The notes beneath the pieces were generated by a model, which ran no database searches, was not told the DNA's origin, and saw only the letters and a list, made by a program, of their open reading frames with translations. A program made the position numbers and the translations under genes. From contig CAWHTK010000009.1 in the NCBI GenBank assembly GCA_963832205.1, positions 13,056-77,055 on the forward strand: DNA of 64,000 bases. The letters run 5' to 3'. Positions 29,788-40,224 of the stretch are shown here, piece after piece. How positions within the stretch are numbered: the first letter of the stretch is position 1; each line of letters opens with the position of its first letter. The DNA comes from Blastocatellia bacterium. Its GTDB lineage: Bacteria > Acidobacteriota > Blastocatellia > UBA7656.

Positions 29788-30789
29788 TTGGATGAGAAGT
29801 CAAAAGAGCATGGCGAACGGGACCGGGCCGCGCTTCACGAGCCGGTACTACTCGAAGAGGTAACGAGCTGGCTAAGGGCCGACCGGGGCGGATGGTTTGT
29901 TGATTGCACTCTCGGGATGGGCGGGCACGCCGAGGCGATACTCAAAGCCTCGCCCGACTCGAACGTCCTCGGACTTGACCGCGACCCGGAAGCGATTGAG
30001 ATCGCCCGCGAGCGATTGAAGATCTTTGACGACAGGTTTCAAGCGGTGCATGCGAATTTCGCGAACCTGGCGGACGTGCTCGACCGTCTCGGAGGCGTCG
30101 AACTAAGCGGAGTGGTTGCGGACCTGGGCGTCTCGTCTTTGCAGTTCGACCGTGCCGAGCGGGGGTTCAGCTTCAGCCAGGATGCGCCGCTGGACATGAG
30201 AATGGACACGACCGGTACGGAGACGGCGGCCGATCTGGTCAACACGCTTTCCGAGCGCGAGCTGGCCGACCTGATCTTTGAATACGGAGAGGAGCGTGGC
30301 TCGCGGCGCATAGCGCGATTGATCGCGCGCGAGCGCGAGCGACAGCCTATAGAGACTACGCGCCGGCTTTCGGACATAGTCGTCCGCGCGATACACCGGG
30401 GCGGGCGATGGCGCATTCACCCGGCGACGCGCACGTTCCAGGCGTTGCGCATTGCGGTCAACGGCGAGCTTGACGCGATCAAGGCGCTTGTCCCGGCCGC
30501 GATTTCGGCCCTCGCCCCGGGCGGGCGCCTCGCGGTCATCTCGTTTCATTCGCTCGAAGACCGATTGGTAAAGCGCGCAATGTTACGCGAGTCCGGCCGC
30601 TGCGTATGTGACGAGCAGCGCGGTCTCGCGGGCATGCCGGTCCCGGAAAGCGGCGTCGTGTGCGGCCGGTGCGGCGCTCGAAAAAGAGTTTTGATCCTCA
30701 CCCGGAAGCCGTTGCGACCAAGTGATGAAGAGGTAGAGAGAAATCCCCGCTCTCGCAGTGCTCTTCTCCGCGTGTGTGAAAAAGTTTAG
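29788..30789 (+). CDS. rsmH: 16S rRNA (cytosine1402-N4)-methyltransferase
   Basis: HEPVLLEEV, DCTLGMGGHA, DRDP.AI, ADLGVSS.QFD...RGFSF, PLDMRM, IHPATRTFQALRI.VN.EL, ISFHSLEDR.VK. TTG at 29788 is the first start after the mraZ stop. Confidence 0.9.
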   Translation: MDEKSKEHGERDRAALHEPVLLEEVTSWLRADRGGWFVDCTLGMGGHAEAILKASPDSNVLGLDRDPEAIEIARERLKIFDDRFQAVHANFANLADVLDRLGGVELSGVVADLGVSSLQFDRAERGFSFSQDAPLDMRMDTTGTETAADLVNTLSERELADLIFEYGEERGSRRIARLIARERERQPIETTRRLSDIVVRAIHRGGRWRIHPATRTFQALRIAVNGELDAIKALVPAAISALAPGGRLAVISFHSLEDRLVKRAMLRESGRCVCDEQRGLAGMPVPESGVVCGRCGARKRVLILTRKPLRPSDEEVERNPRSRSALLRVCEKV

Positions 30790-30889
30790 CCCGAATCAGT
30801 ACCCAAGCCCGACTGTTCAGCCCCAAAGCCCGACGGGCCTTGACGCAGGTGTTAAGTAGCAGGCTCGAATCAAACTTTGAGGCAGTTTT

Positions 30890-31255
30890 ATGACCAATCG
30901 TTTCTTCATCGATAAACAGATTCGCAACGCGCAGGTCGCCCGCCCGGTAAGCGGGCGCGTCTTCGCGTGGCTCACAATCATCACCGTGGCCGGCGCCCTG
31001 CTCTCGGCGGGGTTCGTCATAAGCGCGCGCCAGCACGTGGAAGCCGTCTCTACCGGATACGATAGCGAAGCGTTGCGCCGGCAGGCTACCGAGATCGAGG
31101 ATGAGCTACGCCGTCTCGATTACGAGTACGCCTCCGCGACAAGTCTTCCCGAAATCGAACGGCGGGCAAAAAAGATGGGGCTACAACAGCCTAAAGCAAA
31201 AACTGGCAATATCCGCCGTCCAATAAACGCAAGCGAACCTAAGAAGAACAGGTAA
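30890..31255 (+). CDS. ftsL: cell division protein FtsL-like
   Basis: Position between rsmH and ftsI. Single TM (VFAWLTIITVAGALLSAGFVI) followed by a short coiled coil. Confidence 0.7.
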   Translation: MTNRFFIDKQIRNAQVARPVSGRVFAWLTIITVAGALLSAGFVISARQHVEAVSTGYDSEALRRQATEIEDELRRLDYEYASATSLPEIERRAKKMGLQQPKAKTGNIRRPINASEPKKNR

Positions 31256-31264
31256 CCAGAAGTC

Positions 31265-33328
31265 ATGGCAAAGACGCACAGATCATTTGACAAGCGAATT
31301 GTCGTCGTCCAGGGTCTGGTGTTGCTGTGGATACTGGTTATCGGAGTAAAGCTCGTGCAGTTGCAGATCGCAAACCACGACTCGCTGCGCGCGCGCGCCG
31401 AACGCCAGCACCAGGCATCAATCGAGTTGAGCCCGGTACGCGGCATCATCTACGACCGCAACGGGACGGAGATGGCCCGGTCGGTCGCGGTGAAATCACT
31501 CTACGCATCGCCGGCCGAGCTTACGAATGCCGACGCCGCGGCCGACGACCTGGCCCAACTGCTCGACATAGACCGCGACGCGCTCTACCGCCGCCTCACC
31601 TCGACCGCGCACGTGCTGGTGGCCGTAAAGCGCAAGCTCACCGATAAGGAAGTGGCCGAGGTCGAGAAGCTGAAGATACCGGGCCTGCGGTTTATCGACG
31701 AGATGAAGCGGCACTACGTCGCCGGGGGCGCGGCGGCTCACGTCCTGGGGTTCGTCGATTTCGAAGAGCGGGGCGGCGCGGGTATAGAGCTCTCTTACGA
31801 GAAGCTGGTCCGGGGCCAGGGCGGTCGCCTGCTGCTCGACGTTGACGCGCTCAAAAAGTCTTATAACCATTCGGTCGAAGAGTCGATACCAGGCGCAAAC
31901 GTCACGCTCACGATAGACGTGATGATACAGACCTACGTCGAGCGCGCGCTCGCAGAAGCGGTCCGCACTTACGGCGCGCGCGGCGGGACGATAGTCGTAA
32001 TGCGCCCCTCGACCGGCGAGGTGCTCGCGATGGCGAACCTGCCGACCTTTGACCCGAGCAAGGTTTCAGAGTCGAGCGACGCCCAGCGGCAGAATCGCGC
32101 CATCGAGTCGTCCTTCGAGCCCGGCTCGATCTTCAAGCTCATACCATACGCCGCGGCGCTTGAAGAGGGAGTCATTAATCCCGCCACGAGGATTCAATGC
32201 CCCGGCGAGATACGCATAGCCGACCGCGTAGTTAACGACCGCGCGTATGGCGAGATCAGCGCCGCGGTGGCCCTCGCAAAATCGTCCAACGTCGCCGCAA
32301 TCAAGATCGGGCAGCGGCTCGGCAATGAAAGGCTCAGCCGGTACATACAGGATTTCGGATTCGGGCGCCGCACCGGCATAGAACTGCCCGGCGAGGCGGC
32401 GGGCGTCTATCGCTCCGCCGAGCGATGGACGCCGGTCACGATCGGCTCGATCCCCATGGGTCACGAAATAGGGGTGACCGCCTTGCAGGCTGTCGCCGCG
32501 TACGCGTGCATAGCCAACGGCGGCGAATGGGTCAAGCCGCATATCGTCAAGAGCGTGACGTCGTCAGCGGGCGAGACGCTCGAAGAGCACCAGGACGAGC
32601 GGCGGCAGGTCGTGACCCTGCAGACGGCCGCAACACTGAGGGAGATGCTCGAAGGCGTGGTGCTCAAAGGGACGGGCAAGGCCGCGCAGATGGGCGGCTA
32701 CCGCGCCGCGGGCAAGACGGGCACGGCTCAGAAAATAGACGAGAAGACGAAGCGGTATTCGCAGACACGATACGTCGCGACGTTCGCCGGATTCGCCCCG
32801 GTCGACAGTCCCGAAATCGCCTGCATTGTCGTGATAGACGAGCCGCGATTCGGGTTGCATCACGGCGGCCAGGCCGCGGCGCCCGTGTTCGCGCGCGTCG
32901 TGTCGGACACGTTGCGCGTGCTGGGAGTGATACCCGAAGACGACCTTATCGCGGGCGAGGCGCAGGTATATGACGTGCCGGGAGGCCCGGATGTCGCCGC
33001 GCAGGCGCGCGAGCAAAACGACGATTCCATCAAAAGCGACCCGGCGGCAGCCGAGCCGCAAACGGACGAAGGCGTACGCGCCGAGTATGCGAGCAACCTC
33101 GTGCCCGACCTCAAAGGGTTGAGCTTGCGACAGGTGATGGCCGAGTGCGGGGCGCGCGGTCTGAAGTTCAAGCCGACCGGCGACGGCGTGGTGCTTTCGC
33201 AAAGCCCGCCGCCCGGCACGCCTATATCGTCGGGGCTGGTCTGCCAGGTCAAACTCTCAAAAAAATCGGCGGACAAAATACCAAAGGTCGAGGCGAGAGC
33301 CGAGCATGCGCGAGACGAAGCCGGATAA
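31265..33328 (+). CDS. ftsI: peptidoglycan D,D-transpeptidase FtsI (class B PBP) with C-terminal PASTA-like domain
   Basis: TM anchor and PBP dimerisation domain. Transpeptidase motifs SxxK (FEPGSIFK), SSN (KSSN) and KTGT (GKTGTAQ). C-terminal NLVPDLKGLSLRQVMAECGARGLKFKPTGDGVVLSQSPPPGTPISSGLVCQVKL. Confidence 0.9.
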   Translation: MAKTHRSFDKRIVVVQGLVLLWILVIGVKLVQLQIANHDSLRARAERQHQASIELSPVRGIIYDRNGTEMARSVAVKSLYASPAELTNADAAADDLAQLLDIDRDALYRRLTSTAHVLVAVKRKLTDKEVAEVEKLKIPGLRFIDEMKRHYVAGGAAAHVLGFVDFEERGGAGIELSYEKLVRGQGGRLLLDVDALKKSYNHSVEESIPGANVTLTIDVMIQTYVERALAEAVRTYGARGGTIVVMRPSTGEVLAMANLPTFDPSKVSESSDAQRQNRAIESSFEPGSIFKLIPYAAALEEGVINPATRIQCPGEIRIADRVVNDRAYGEISAAVALAKSSNVAAIKIGQRLGNERLSRYIQDFGFGRRTGIELPGEAAGVYRSAERWTPVTIGSIPMGHEIGVTALQAVAAYACIANGGEWVKPHIVKSVTSSAGETLEEHQDERRQVVTLQTAATLREMLEGVVLKGTGKAAQMGGYRAAGKTGTAQKIDEKTKRYSQTRYVATFAGFAPVDSPEIACIVVIDEPRFGLHHGGQAAAPVFARVVSDTLRVLGVIPEDDLIAGEAQVYDVPGGPDVAAQAREQNDDSIKSDPAAAEPQTDEGVRAEYASNLVPDLKGLSLRQVMAECGARGLKFKPTGDGVVLSQSPPPGTPISSGLVCQVKLSKKSADKIPKVEARAEHARDEAG

Positions 33329-33424
33329 AGCTGAAAAGAACGCGCGCGTAAAGACGAAGCGCGCGGGCGAGCAGAGAAAGCAGGCCGAGATAGCCGGCCG
33401 GCCGAGAAGGGCGACGAGGACGGA

Positions 33425-34915
33425 TTGAGGCTCGACGAACTGGCAAAAGAGATTGACGCATCGGGCGCCGCCGGGCGGCTCGAAGAAGACGCGCGCGACG
33501 TCACGCACGATTCGCGCGCGTGCGCGCCCGGGACGGTCTTTGTCGCGATCCGCGGCGAAAAGACCGACGCGCACAGGTTCATCCCGCAGGCGGTCGAGCG
33601 CGGAGCAGTCGCGGTAATCTCGGAGCAGCCTGTTGATACTTCCGCGGCGCCGGCGTGGATTCAGGTCCGCGACGCGCGCCGGGCGCTTGCGCTCAGCGCG
33701 GCGGCGGTTCACGGGCGACCGTCGGAGCGGTTGAAGCTCGCAGGCATAACCGGGACGAACGGTAAGACCACGACCGCGCACCTGATCGATTCAATCCTTC
33801 GCGCGGCGGAAGGGACTTCGGCAATGTTCGGCACCATAAGCCATCGCGTGGGCGAAGAGGCCATAACGGCCTCGCACACGACGCCCGAATCGGCGGACAT
33901 ACAGCGCATGCTTGCCCGCGCGGTCGCTGCAGGTTGTCGCTCGGCCGTCATGGAAGTCTCTTCACACGCGATAGAGCTTCACCGGGCCGACGCCTTGAAG
34001 TTTGCCGTGGCCGTCTTCACAAACCTCACGCGCGACCACCTCGATTATCACAAGACGATGGACGCATACTTCGCGGCCAAAGAGAGGCTCTTTAACGGCG
34101 CCCTGGATTATGCGCCCCTGGCATCAATCATCAACATAGACGATGAGTACGGCCGAAAACTTCTCGGCACCGCGCGCGGCACCCTTATCACCTACGGGCT
34201 CGGCGAGCGGGCCGACGTGAGGACAAAAGATTATCGCGTGACCGGCCGCGGCACTTCCTATACCGCCGAGACGCCCGCCGGGCGAATCGAAATAGAATCG
34301 CCGCTCGTCGGCCGGCCGCATGTCTATAACACGCTGGCGGCCATAGCCGCGGGATTGGCTCTGGGAGCCGATTCCGAGCAGATCGCGCGCGGCATAAACG
34401 GCTGCGAAGTGGTTGCGGGGCGGTTCGAGCAGGTGACGGCAGAAGGCGCCGACGCGCCCTTCACCGTCATAGTCGATTACGCGCACACGGACGACGCGCT
34501 GAAGAATGTGCTCCAGACCGCGCGCGAGATCGCCGGGAACAATCGCGTGATCGTCGTCTTCGGCTGCGGGGGCGACCGCGACCGGACAAAGCGCGCCCCG
34601 ATGGGCGAGATCGCGGCCACGCTCGCCGACGTGGCAATCGCGACTTCGGATAACCCGCGGAGCGAAGACCCCGAAGCGATAATTGCCGATATAGAAGTCG
34701 GGCTGAAACGATCGGGCCGCAACTACATAAAGATAGTGGAAAGGCGCGAGGCCATCTTTCGAGCCGTCGCGGAGGCGCGCGCGGGCGACGTGGTGTTGAT
34801 AGCCGGGAAGGGTCACGAGACATATCAAATACTCGGCAGCCAGACGGTCCATTTCGACGACCGCGAGGTGGCGGGCGAAGCGATTCTCGAAAAGGCCGCC
34901 GCGTCAAAGGTGTAA
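33425..34915 (+). CDS. murE: UDP-N-acetylmuramoyl-L-alanyl-D-glutamate--2,6-diaminopimelate ligase
   Basis: GITGTNGKTTT, the DNPR motif (TSDNPRSEDP) indicating the meso-DAP type, and GKGHE. TTG start after GAGGA. Confidence 0.9.
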   Translation: MRLDELAKEIDASGAAGRLEEDARDVTHDSRACAPGTVFVAIRGEKTDAHRFIPQAVERGAVAVISEQPVDTSAAPAWIQVRDARRALALSAAAVHGRPSERLKLAGITGTNGKTTTAHLIDSILRAAEGTSAMFGTISHRVGEEAITASHTTPESADIQRMLARAVAAGCRSAVMEVSSHAIELHRADALKFAVAVFTNLTRDHLDYHKTMDAYFAAKERLFNGALDYAPLASIINIDDEYGRKLLGTARGTLITYGLGERADVRTKDYRVTGRGTSYTAETPAGRIEIESPLVGRPHVYNTLAAIAAGLALGADSEQIARGINGCEVVAGRFEQVTAEGADAPFTVIVDYAHTDDALKNVLQTAREIAGNNRVIVVFGCGGDRDRTKRAPMGEIAATLADVAIATSDNPRSEDPEAIIADIEVGLKRSGRNYIKIVERREAIFRAVAEARAGDVVLIAGKGHETYQILGSQTVHFDDREVAGEAILEKAAASKV

Positions 34916-36347
34916 TGAAGTTAAGCGAGGTCATCGCAATCTTAGACGCCGCCGCGGGCAGCCGCTCGCGCGACGAGCTTGCGCGTGAAATCGCGGGCTA
35001 CTCGATTGACTCGCGCGCCACGGGCGAGGGCGAGCTGTTCTTCGCGATACGCGGCGAGCGTTACGACGGCCATGAGTTCGCGGCCGACGCGCTCGGCAAA
35101 GGGGCAATCGCGGCAGTCGTATCGAAGGATTTCGCGGCGTCGGCGAGGGCGAAGAATTGAAGCAGCGGGGCGCGCTATTAATCCCCGTCGAAGATACACT
35201 CGCGGCACTTCAGCGTCTCGCGTCGTCGCTTCTTTCAAACTGGCGCGGGCGTGAAGTCGCCGTCACCGGCAGCATGGGCAAGACCACGACAAAAGAGATG
35301 ACCGCTTCGTGCCTGGCGCGCGCGGGCCGAGTGATGAAGACGGCGGGGAATTTCAACAATGACTACGGCCTGCCGCTCTCGATACTAAAGATGGAATCGG
35401 GCGGCGCGAAGGCCGAGGATTTTGATTTCGCGGTGCTAGAGATGGGGATGAACCATAAAGGCGAGATAGCGCGACTCGCGCGGATTGCGCCGCCGGATAT
35501 AGGCGTCGTGACAGTTGTCGCGCCGGTCCACCTGGAGTTCTTCTCATCGGTCAACGAGATAGCCGAAGCCAAAGGCGAGCTGATCGAAGGTATAAAGTCG
35601 GGAGGCGCGGCCATCTTGAACGCCGACGACACGCGAGTGAGCCGCATGCGGGACTTGCGCGACGATATAGATTTCCGGACGTTCGGCCTGGACCGGGCGG
35701 CCGACGTTACGGCGCGCGACATCAAGCACGAGGGGCTTGGGGGGACCGGCTTTCTGCTCGTCACGCCTCGCGGAGAGGTCGAGGCGAGGCTCCCCGTAGC
35801 CGGGCGGCACAACCTTTATAACGCGCTCGCGGCGGCGGCGGCGGCCGATTATTTCCAGACGCCGCTCGACGAGATAGCCTCGGCGCTCGGCGAAAGCGCC
35901 AGCCCCAGAATGCGCGGCGAGGTCATCAGCTTCGAGGAAGGATTCACGATAATCGACGATTCGTATAACTCGAACCCGCGGGCGCTGATCGAGATGGTCG
36001 AGACGATCTCGGCGAATAAAGATTTCAAGCGCAAGGTCGTGGTAGCGGGCGAGATGCTTGAGCTTGGGGAGACGGGGCCGGAGCTTCATCGCGAGGCGGG
36101 CCGTCAAATCGCCCGGCTCGGAGTCGATCTATTGATAGGGGTGCGGGGGCTTGCCGAGCACCTGGTCGCGGGGGCCATAGGCGGCGGGCTCGCGCGCGAG
36201 CGCGCCACCTTTTGCGGCACGCCCGAAGAGGCGGCGCGCGTGCTCGAGTCCCATGCGCGTGCGGGCGACCTCATACTTGTGAAAGGGTCGCGCGGGGTGA
36301 AGACCGAAATAGTAGTTCAGCAAATGAGAAGAGAGAGGACGCGATAG
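34915..36347 (+). pseudogene. murF: UDP-N-acetylmuramoyl-tripeptide--D-alanyl-D-alanine ligase; one frameshift as sequenced
   Basis: The ATG overlaps the murE TAA (TAATG). ORF 34915..35160 (DSRATGEGELFFAIRGERYDGHEF) stops at 35158. The protein continues in ORF 35157..36347 (VTGSMGKTTTKEM..., DDSYNSNP). Shift near 35150. Confidence 0.9.
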
Positions 36348-36366
36348 CGAGCGCGGAGGCGGCTGA

Positions 36367-37473
36367 ATGTTCTATTACCTGTATCTGCTGAAGGATTTTG
36401 ACGAAAATCTGTCGTTCCTGCAGGTCTTCGAACAGATAACGTTCCGCACGGCGTGGGCGGCCATAACCGCGCTTGTCATCAGTCTGATGTTCGGACCGCG
36501 GATGATTACGCTGCTGAGACATTTTCAGATCGGCCAGCAGATACGCGAGGAAGGCCCGCGCACGCACCTATCAAAGCGCGGCACGCCGACCATGGGCGGC
36601 GTGCTGATAATACTTTCGGTCGCGATCTCGACGCTGCTGTGGTCGAATCTCGGCAACGCGTTTGTGTGGATAACGGTGGTGGCCACGGTCGGGTACGGGG
36701 CGATAGGGTTCGCCGACGATTATCTAAAAGTGAAGCGCCGCCACAACCTGGGGCTGACCGGCAGGCAGAAGCTAGTCTTTCAGTTCCTCGTCGCGCTGCT
36801 CGTCGGGCTCGGGCTCCACTACCTTACCGATTATCCGGTCAGGTTGAGCGTGCCGTTCTTTAAGAGTTTCAACCCGGAGATTCCCTGGCCCATATACCTG
36901 CTCGTCTTCGCGCCGCTTGTGATAGTCGGTTTTTCAAACGCGGTGAATTTGACGGACGGGCTCGACGGGCTCGCGATATCGGTGACGGTGGTGACGGCCG
37001 CGGCGCTGACGGGATTCACCTACGTCACGAGCCATTACATATTCGCGAGTCACCTGGGGCTTGAGCATAACAAGGAGGTGGCGGAGATAACGATATTCTG
37101 CGCGGCGCTGACGGGGGCGAGCCTCGGCTTTTTGTGGTTCAACGCGCCGCCGGCCGAAGTCTTCATGGGCGACGTCGGGTCGCTGGGGATCGGCGGGGCC
37201 ATCGGAACAATCGGCGTAATAATAAAGCAGGAGTTCCTGCTCGTGATGATCGCCGGGGTCTTCGTGCTGGAGGCCGTCTCGGTGATTTTACAGGTGTTGT
37301 CGTTCAGGCTCTTTCGAAAGCGAATATTTAAGATGGCTCCGCTGCATCATCATTTCGAGCTTATGTATCCGCCCGAACTGTCGCGGCGCATGGAACCGAA
37401 AATTGTATTCCGATTTCTGATAATCGCTATTCTTTTCGCGCTACTGAGCCTTTCGACTTTGAAGCTCAGGTAA
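36367..37473 (+). CDS. mraY: phospho-N-acetylmuramoyl-pentapeptide transferase
   Basis: [44 protein letters not shown]. Ten-TM profile. Confidence 0.92.
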   Translation: MFYYLYLLKDFDENLSFLQVFEQITFRTAWAAITALVISLMFGPRMITLLRHFQIGQQIREEGPRTHLSKRGTPTMGGVLIILSVAISTLLWSNLGNAFVWITVVATVGYGAIGFADDYLKVKRRHNLGLTGRQKLVFQFLVALLVGLGLHYLTDYPVRLSVPFFKSFNPEIPWPIYLLVFAPLVIVGFSNAVNLTDGLDGLAISVTVVTAAALTGFTYVTSHYIFASHLGLEHNKEVAEITIFCAALTGASLGFLWFNAPPAEVFMGDVGSLGIGGAIGTIGVIIKQEFLLVMIAGVFVLEAVSVILQVLSFRLFRKRIFKMAPLHHHFELMYPPELSRRMEPKIVFRFLIIAILFALLSLSTLKLR

Positions 37474-37505
37474 TGAATCTCGAATTTGAGATTTGAAATA
37501 TCAGA
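37474..37505. repeat. family-B AT-rich palindromic element filling the mraY-murD spacer
   Basis: TGAATCTCGAATTTGAGATTTGAAATATCAGA. Contains the 15-mer TTTGAGATTTGAAAT (37485-37499) and the near-palindrome AATCTCGAATTTGAGATT. The left arm-like CTCAGG...ATCT includes the last mraY codons and its stop. Confidence 0.75.
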
Positions 37506-37506
37506 C

Positions 37507-38935
37507 ATGGATGTTGCGGGCAAAAAAGTTATGGTCGTAGGCATCGCGCGCAGCGGCGTGGCCGTGGCGCGGCTGCTCGCCGCGCGCGGCGCCATGGTGA
37601 TGGCTAACGACATCAAGCCGGAGTCGCAGCTTGCGCGCGAAGCGGCCGAGCTTCGCGCGATTGGCGTGTTGATGTCGCTCGGCGGCCACCCCGAAAGTCT
37701 TTTCGAGAACGCCGACCTGATAGTGCTCAGTCCGGGCGTCCCGGCCGACCTGCCGCAGCTTGAGCGCGCTCGCGCGGCGGGTATTGAAATCATCAGCGAG
37801 CCTGAGCTGGCCGGCCGATTTCTCGCCGGGCGCATGATCGGCATAACCGGCTCGAACGGTAAGACGACGACCACCGAACTCACGGGCGAGCTGATGCGGG
37901 CGGCCGGCGCCGAGACAATAGTCGGCGGCAACATAGGCACGCCGCTGACGAGCCTCGTGGAAAAGAGTTCCGACCTCACATGGACTGTTGCCGAGTTGTC
38001 GAGCTTTCAGCTTGGAGATGATCGACAGCCTCCGAGTCAGCGTCGCTGTAGTCACAAATATCACGCCCGATCACCTCGACCGCCATGGCTCTCTTGAGAA
38101 TTACGTCCGCGCCAAACACAGAATTTTCCGCAACCAGACGGCGGACGACTGGGCGGTGCTCAACGGACAGGACCAGGCCGTAGCAGAGATGGTCGCGCGC
38201 CTGGGAGTCAACGCAAGAAAGCTGTTTTTCAGCTCGCGAGGGCGGCAGACGGTCACGGGAGGCGCGGCCGACATATACGTTATGGACGGGCGCATATACA
38301 CGACGATGATCGGCGGGGGCGGCGAGACGGAAGTTATGCCGGTTGACGAGATACCGCTTCGCGGCATGCACAACGTGGAGAATGTGATGACGTCGCTTGC
38401 GGCCGTATTTTGCGCGATGGGCACGCAGGCGGGCGAGGTCGGGAAGCTGCGCGAGGCCGTGAGGAGATTCAAGGGCGTCGAGCACCGCATCGAGTACGTG
38501 GCCGAGATTGCCGGGGTGAAATTCTACAACGACTCGAAGGCCACCAACGTCGATTCGACGATCAAGGCGCTCGAAGCCTTCGACGGCAACCTGATTCTGA
38601 TACTCGGCGGCAAGGACAAGGGGAGCGATTACAGCGTGCTTCGAGAGCTGGTCGGCGAGCGCGTAAAGCAGGTAGTGCTGCTCGGGGCCGCAAGCGACAA
38701 GATAGCCGAGCAACTTGAAGGCGCGCGCCCGATGACGCGCGCCACTTCTATGGAAGACGCGGTGGTGAAATCAATGGAAGCGGCGGGACCGGGCGACACC
38801 GTGCTCCTTGCGCCGGCCTGCGCGAGCTTCGACATGTTCGACAATTACGAGCACAGAGGCCGCGTGTTCAAAGAAGAGGTCTTCCGCCTGGCCAACCGGC
38901 TGCACAGCGGCTGGACGGGCAGGCTCACGACCTAG
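37507..38935 (+). pseudogene. murD: UDP-N-acetylmuramoylalanine--D-glutamate ligase; one frameshift as sequenced
   Basis: [28 protein letters not shown]. ...VAELSSFQL (ORF 37486..38097) continues as [25 protein letters not shown] (ORF 37988..38935). Removing one G from the GG at 38014-38015 restores the frame. Confidence 0.9.
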
Positions 38936-39061
38936 GATTTTAGATTTTGGATTTTGGATTGCGGGTTATGATTTTCAAACGACTCAGCCTAAACAACAGC
39001 CTTGCAGATAGGGGCGGACTCGCGCGCTCAATCCAAAATCCAAAATCTAGAATCCAAAATC
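38935..39061. repeat. heptad-repeat inverted-repeat element, family A, copy 2 (murD-ftsW spacer)
   Basis: The left arm at 38935-38960 is identical to 8502-8527. The right arm at 39030-39061 is AATCCAAAATCCAAAATCTAGAATCCAAAATC (one mismatch to the arm complement). The 69-nt internal segment is unrelated to copy 1. The left arm starts on the last base of the murD TAG. Confidence 0.85.
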
Positions 39062-39114
39062 GAGTCTCTCCGCGATGGAAGCGCGAGGCCGAGCTATCGC
39101 GCCGCACCGGGGAT

Positions 39115-40224
39115 TTGCGCGGCGGGCGCGAGCTGCCCGTAGATAAGGTGATGCTCGGGATAGTGCTGGGGCTGACGCTGTTCGGCGCGGTGATGGTTTA
39201 CAGCGCGTCGGCGATACTCGCCGAAAGGAACTTCGGCGACCAGTTTCATTTTCTCTACCGGCAGGGCGCGTGGGCGGTGCTGGGGCTTGCGGCGCTGGCG
39301 TTCGGCATCTCAATCGACTACCGCCACTACAAGCGCCCCGCGGTGATCTATTCGCTGCTGGCGGTCACGGGCGTGCTCCTTGTGGTAGTGCTTTTTATGC
39401 CGGAGGTGAACGGGACGAGCCGCTGGATACGGTACGGCAATTATATATCATTGCAGCCGTCGGAGATCGCGAAAGTGGCTCTGGTGGCCTTTTTGGCGTT
39501 CTTTCTGGAGAGAAAAGCGGGCGAGATGGACCGCTTTAAACAGACGTTTTTGACGGCCGCGGGCGTCGCGGGCGGACTGATATTGCTGGTCGGGCTCGAG
39601 CCGGATTTCGGGACGGCCCTCGCGCTCGGGATAGTCTTTCTGACGATGATGTTTCAGGCGGGAACGCCGTTGCGCTATCTGGCGACACTCGCCATCCCGG
39701 TCTTGCCGGCGGTCACAGTGATGCTGCTCGTGCCGTGGCGGTTCCAGCGCATAATGGCCTTCCTCGACCCGTGGAAGTACCAGTTAACTTACGCCTTTCA
39801 GGCCGTGCAATCGATGATAGCCATCGGCAGCGGCGGGGCCGACGGCGTCGGGTTCGCGCAGGGGCGACAAAAGCTTTTTTACCTCCCCGCGCCGCACACC
39901 GATTTCATATTTGCCGTCATAGGCGAAGAGCTCGGCTTTATCGGCGCGGCTACGGTGGTCTCGTTGTTCGGGATACTAGCGTGGCGCGGGTTTCGCGCGG
40001 CAAGGTGCGCGCCCGATATGTTCGGACAACTGCTCGCCATGGGGCTGACGATAATGATCATCGCCCAGGCATTTTTTAACGTGAGTGTCGCGCTTTCGCT
40101 CGTGCCGACGAAAGGCATACCGCTGCCGTTTATCAGCTCGGGCGGGTCTTCGCTCGCGTTAAGCCTGTTTGCGGCGGGCGTGCTTTTGAACGTGAGCAAA
40201 CACGCCAGGGTAGGAAAGATTTGA
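39115..40224 (+). CDS. ftsW: peptidoglycan glycosyltransferase / cell division protein FtsW (SEDS family)
   Basis: LGLTLFGAVMVYSAS, SLQPSEIAK, PDFGTA, GSGG..G.GF..G..K..YLPAPHTDFIFAVIGEELGF, and PTKGIPLPFISSGGSS. Start chosen as in-frame TTG 39115; GTG 39148 and ATG 39151 are also possible. The track ORF start 38947 lies inside the repeat. Confidence 0.88.
   Translation: MRGGRELPVDKVMLGIVLGLTLFGAVMVYSASAILAERNFGDQFHFLYRQGAWAVLGLAALAFGISIDYRHYKRPAVIYSLLAVTGVLLVVVLFMPEVNGTSRWIRYGNYISLQPSEIAKVALVAFLAFFLERKAGEMDRFKQTFLTAAGVAGGLILLVGLEPDFGTALALGIVFLTMMFQAGTPLRYLATLAIPVLPAVTVMLLVPWRFQRIMAFLDPWKYQLTYAFQAVQSMIAIGSGGADGVGFAQGRQKLFYLPAPHTDFIFAVIGEELGFIGAATVVSLFGILAWRGFRAARCAPDMFGQLLAMGLTIMIIAQAFFNVSVALSLVPTKGIPLPFISSGGSSLALSLFAAGVLLNVSKHARVGKI

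Noticed and set aside
32860-33781. Minus-strand ORFs 32860..33582 and 33257..33781 spanning the ftsI-murE junction
   Set aside because: They are antisense to ftsI and murE. Their products are Ser/Arg/Pro-rich low complexity, an artefact of GC-rich coding sequence.
38947-39114. 5' extension of the ftsW ORF (MDFGLRVMIFKRLSLNN...SIQNPKSRIQN...)
   Set aside because: It is a translation of the family-A inverted repeat and its loop. The conserved FtsW sequence starts only around 39115-39151.
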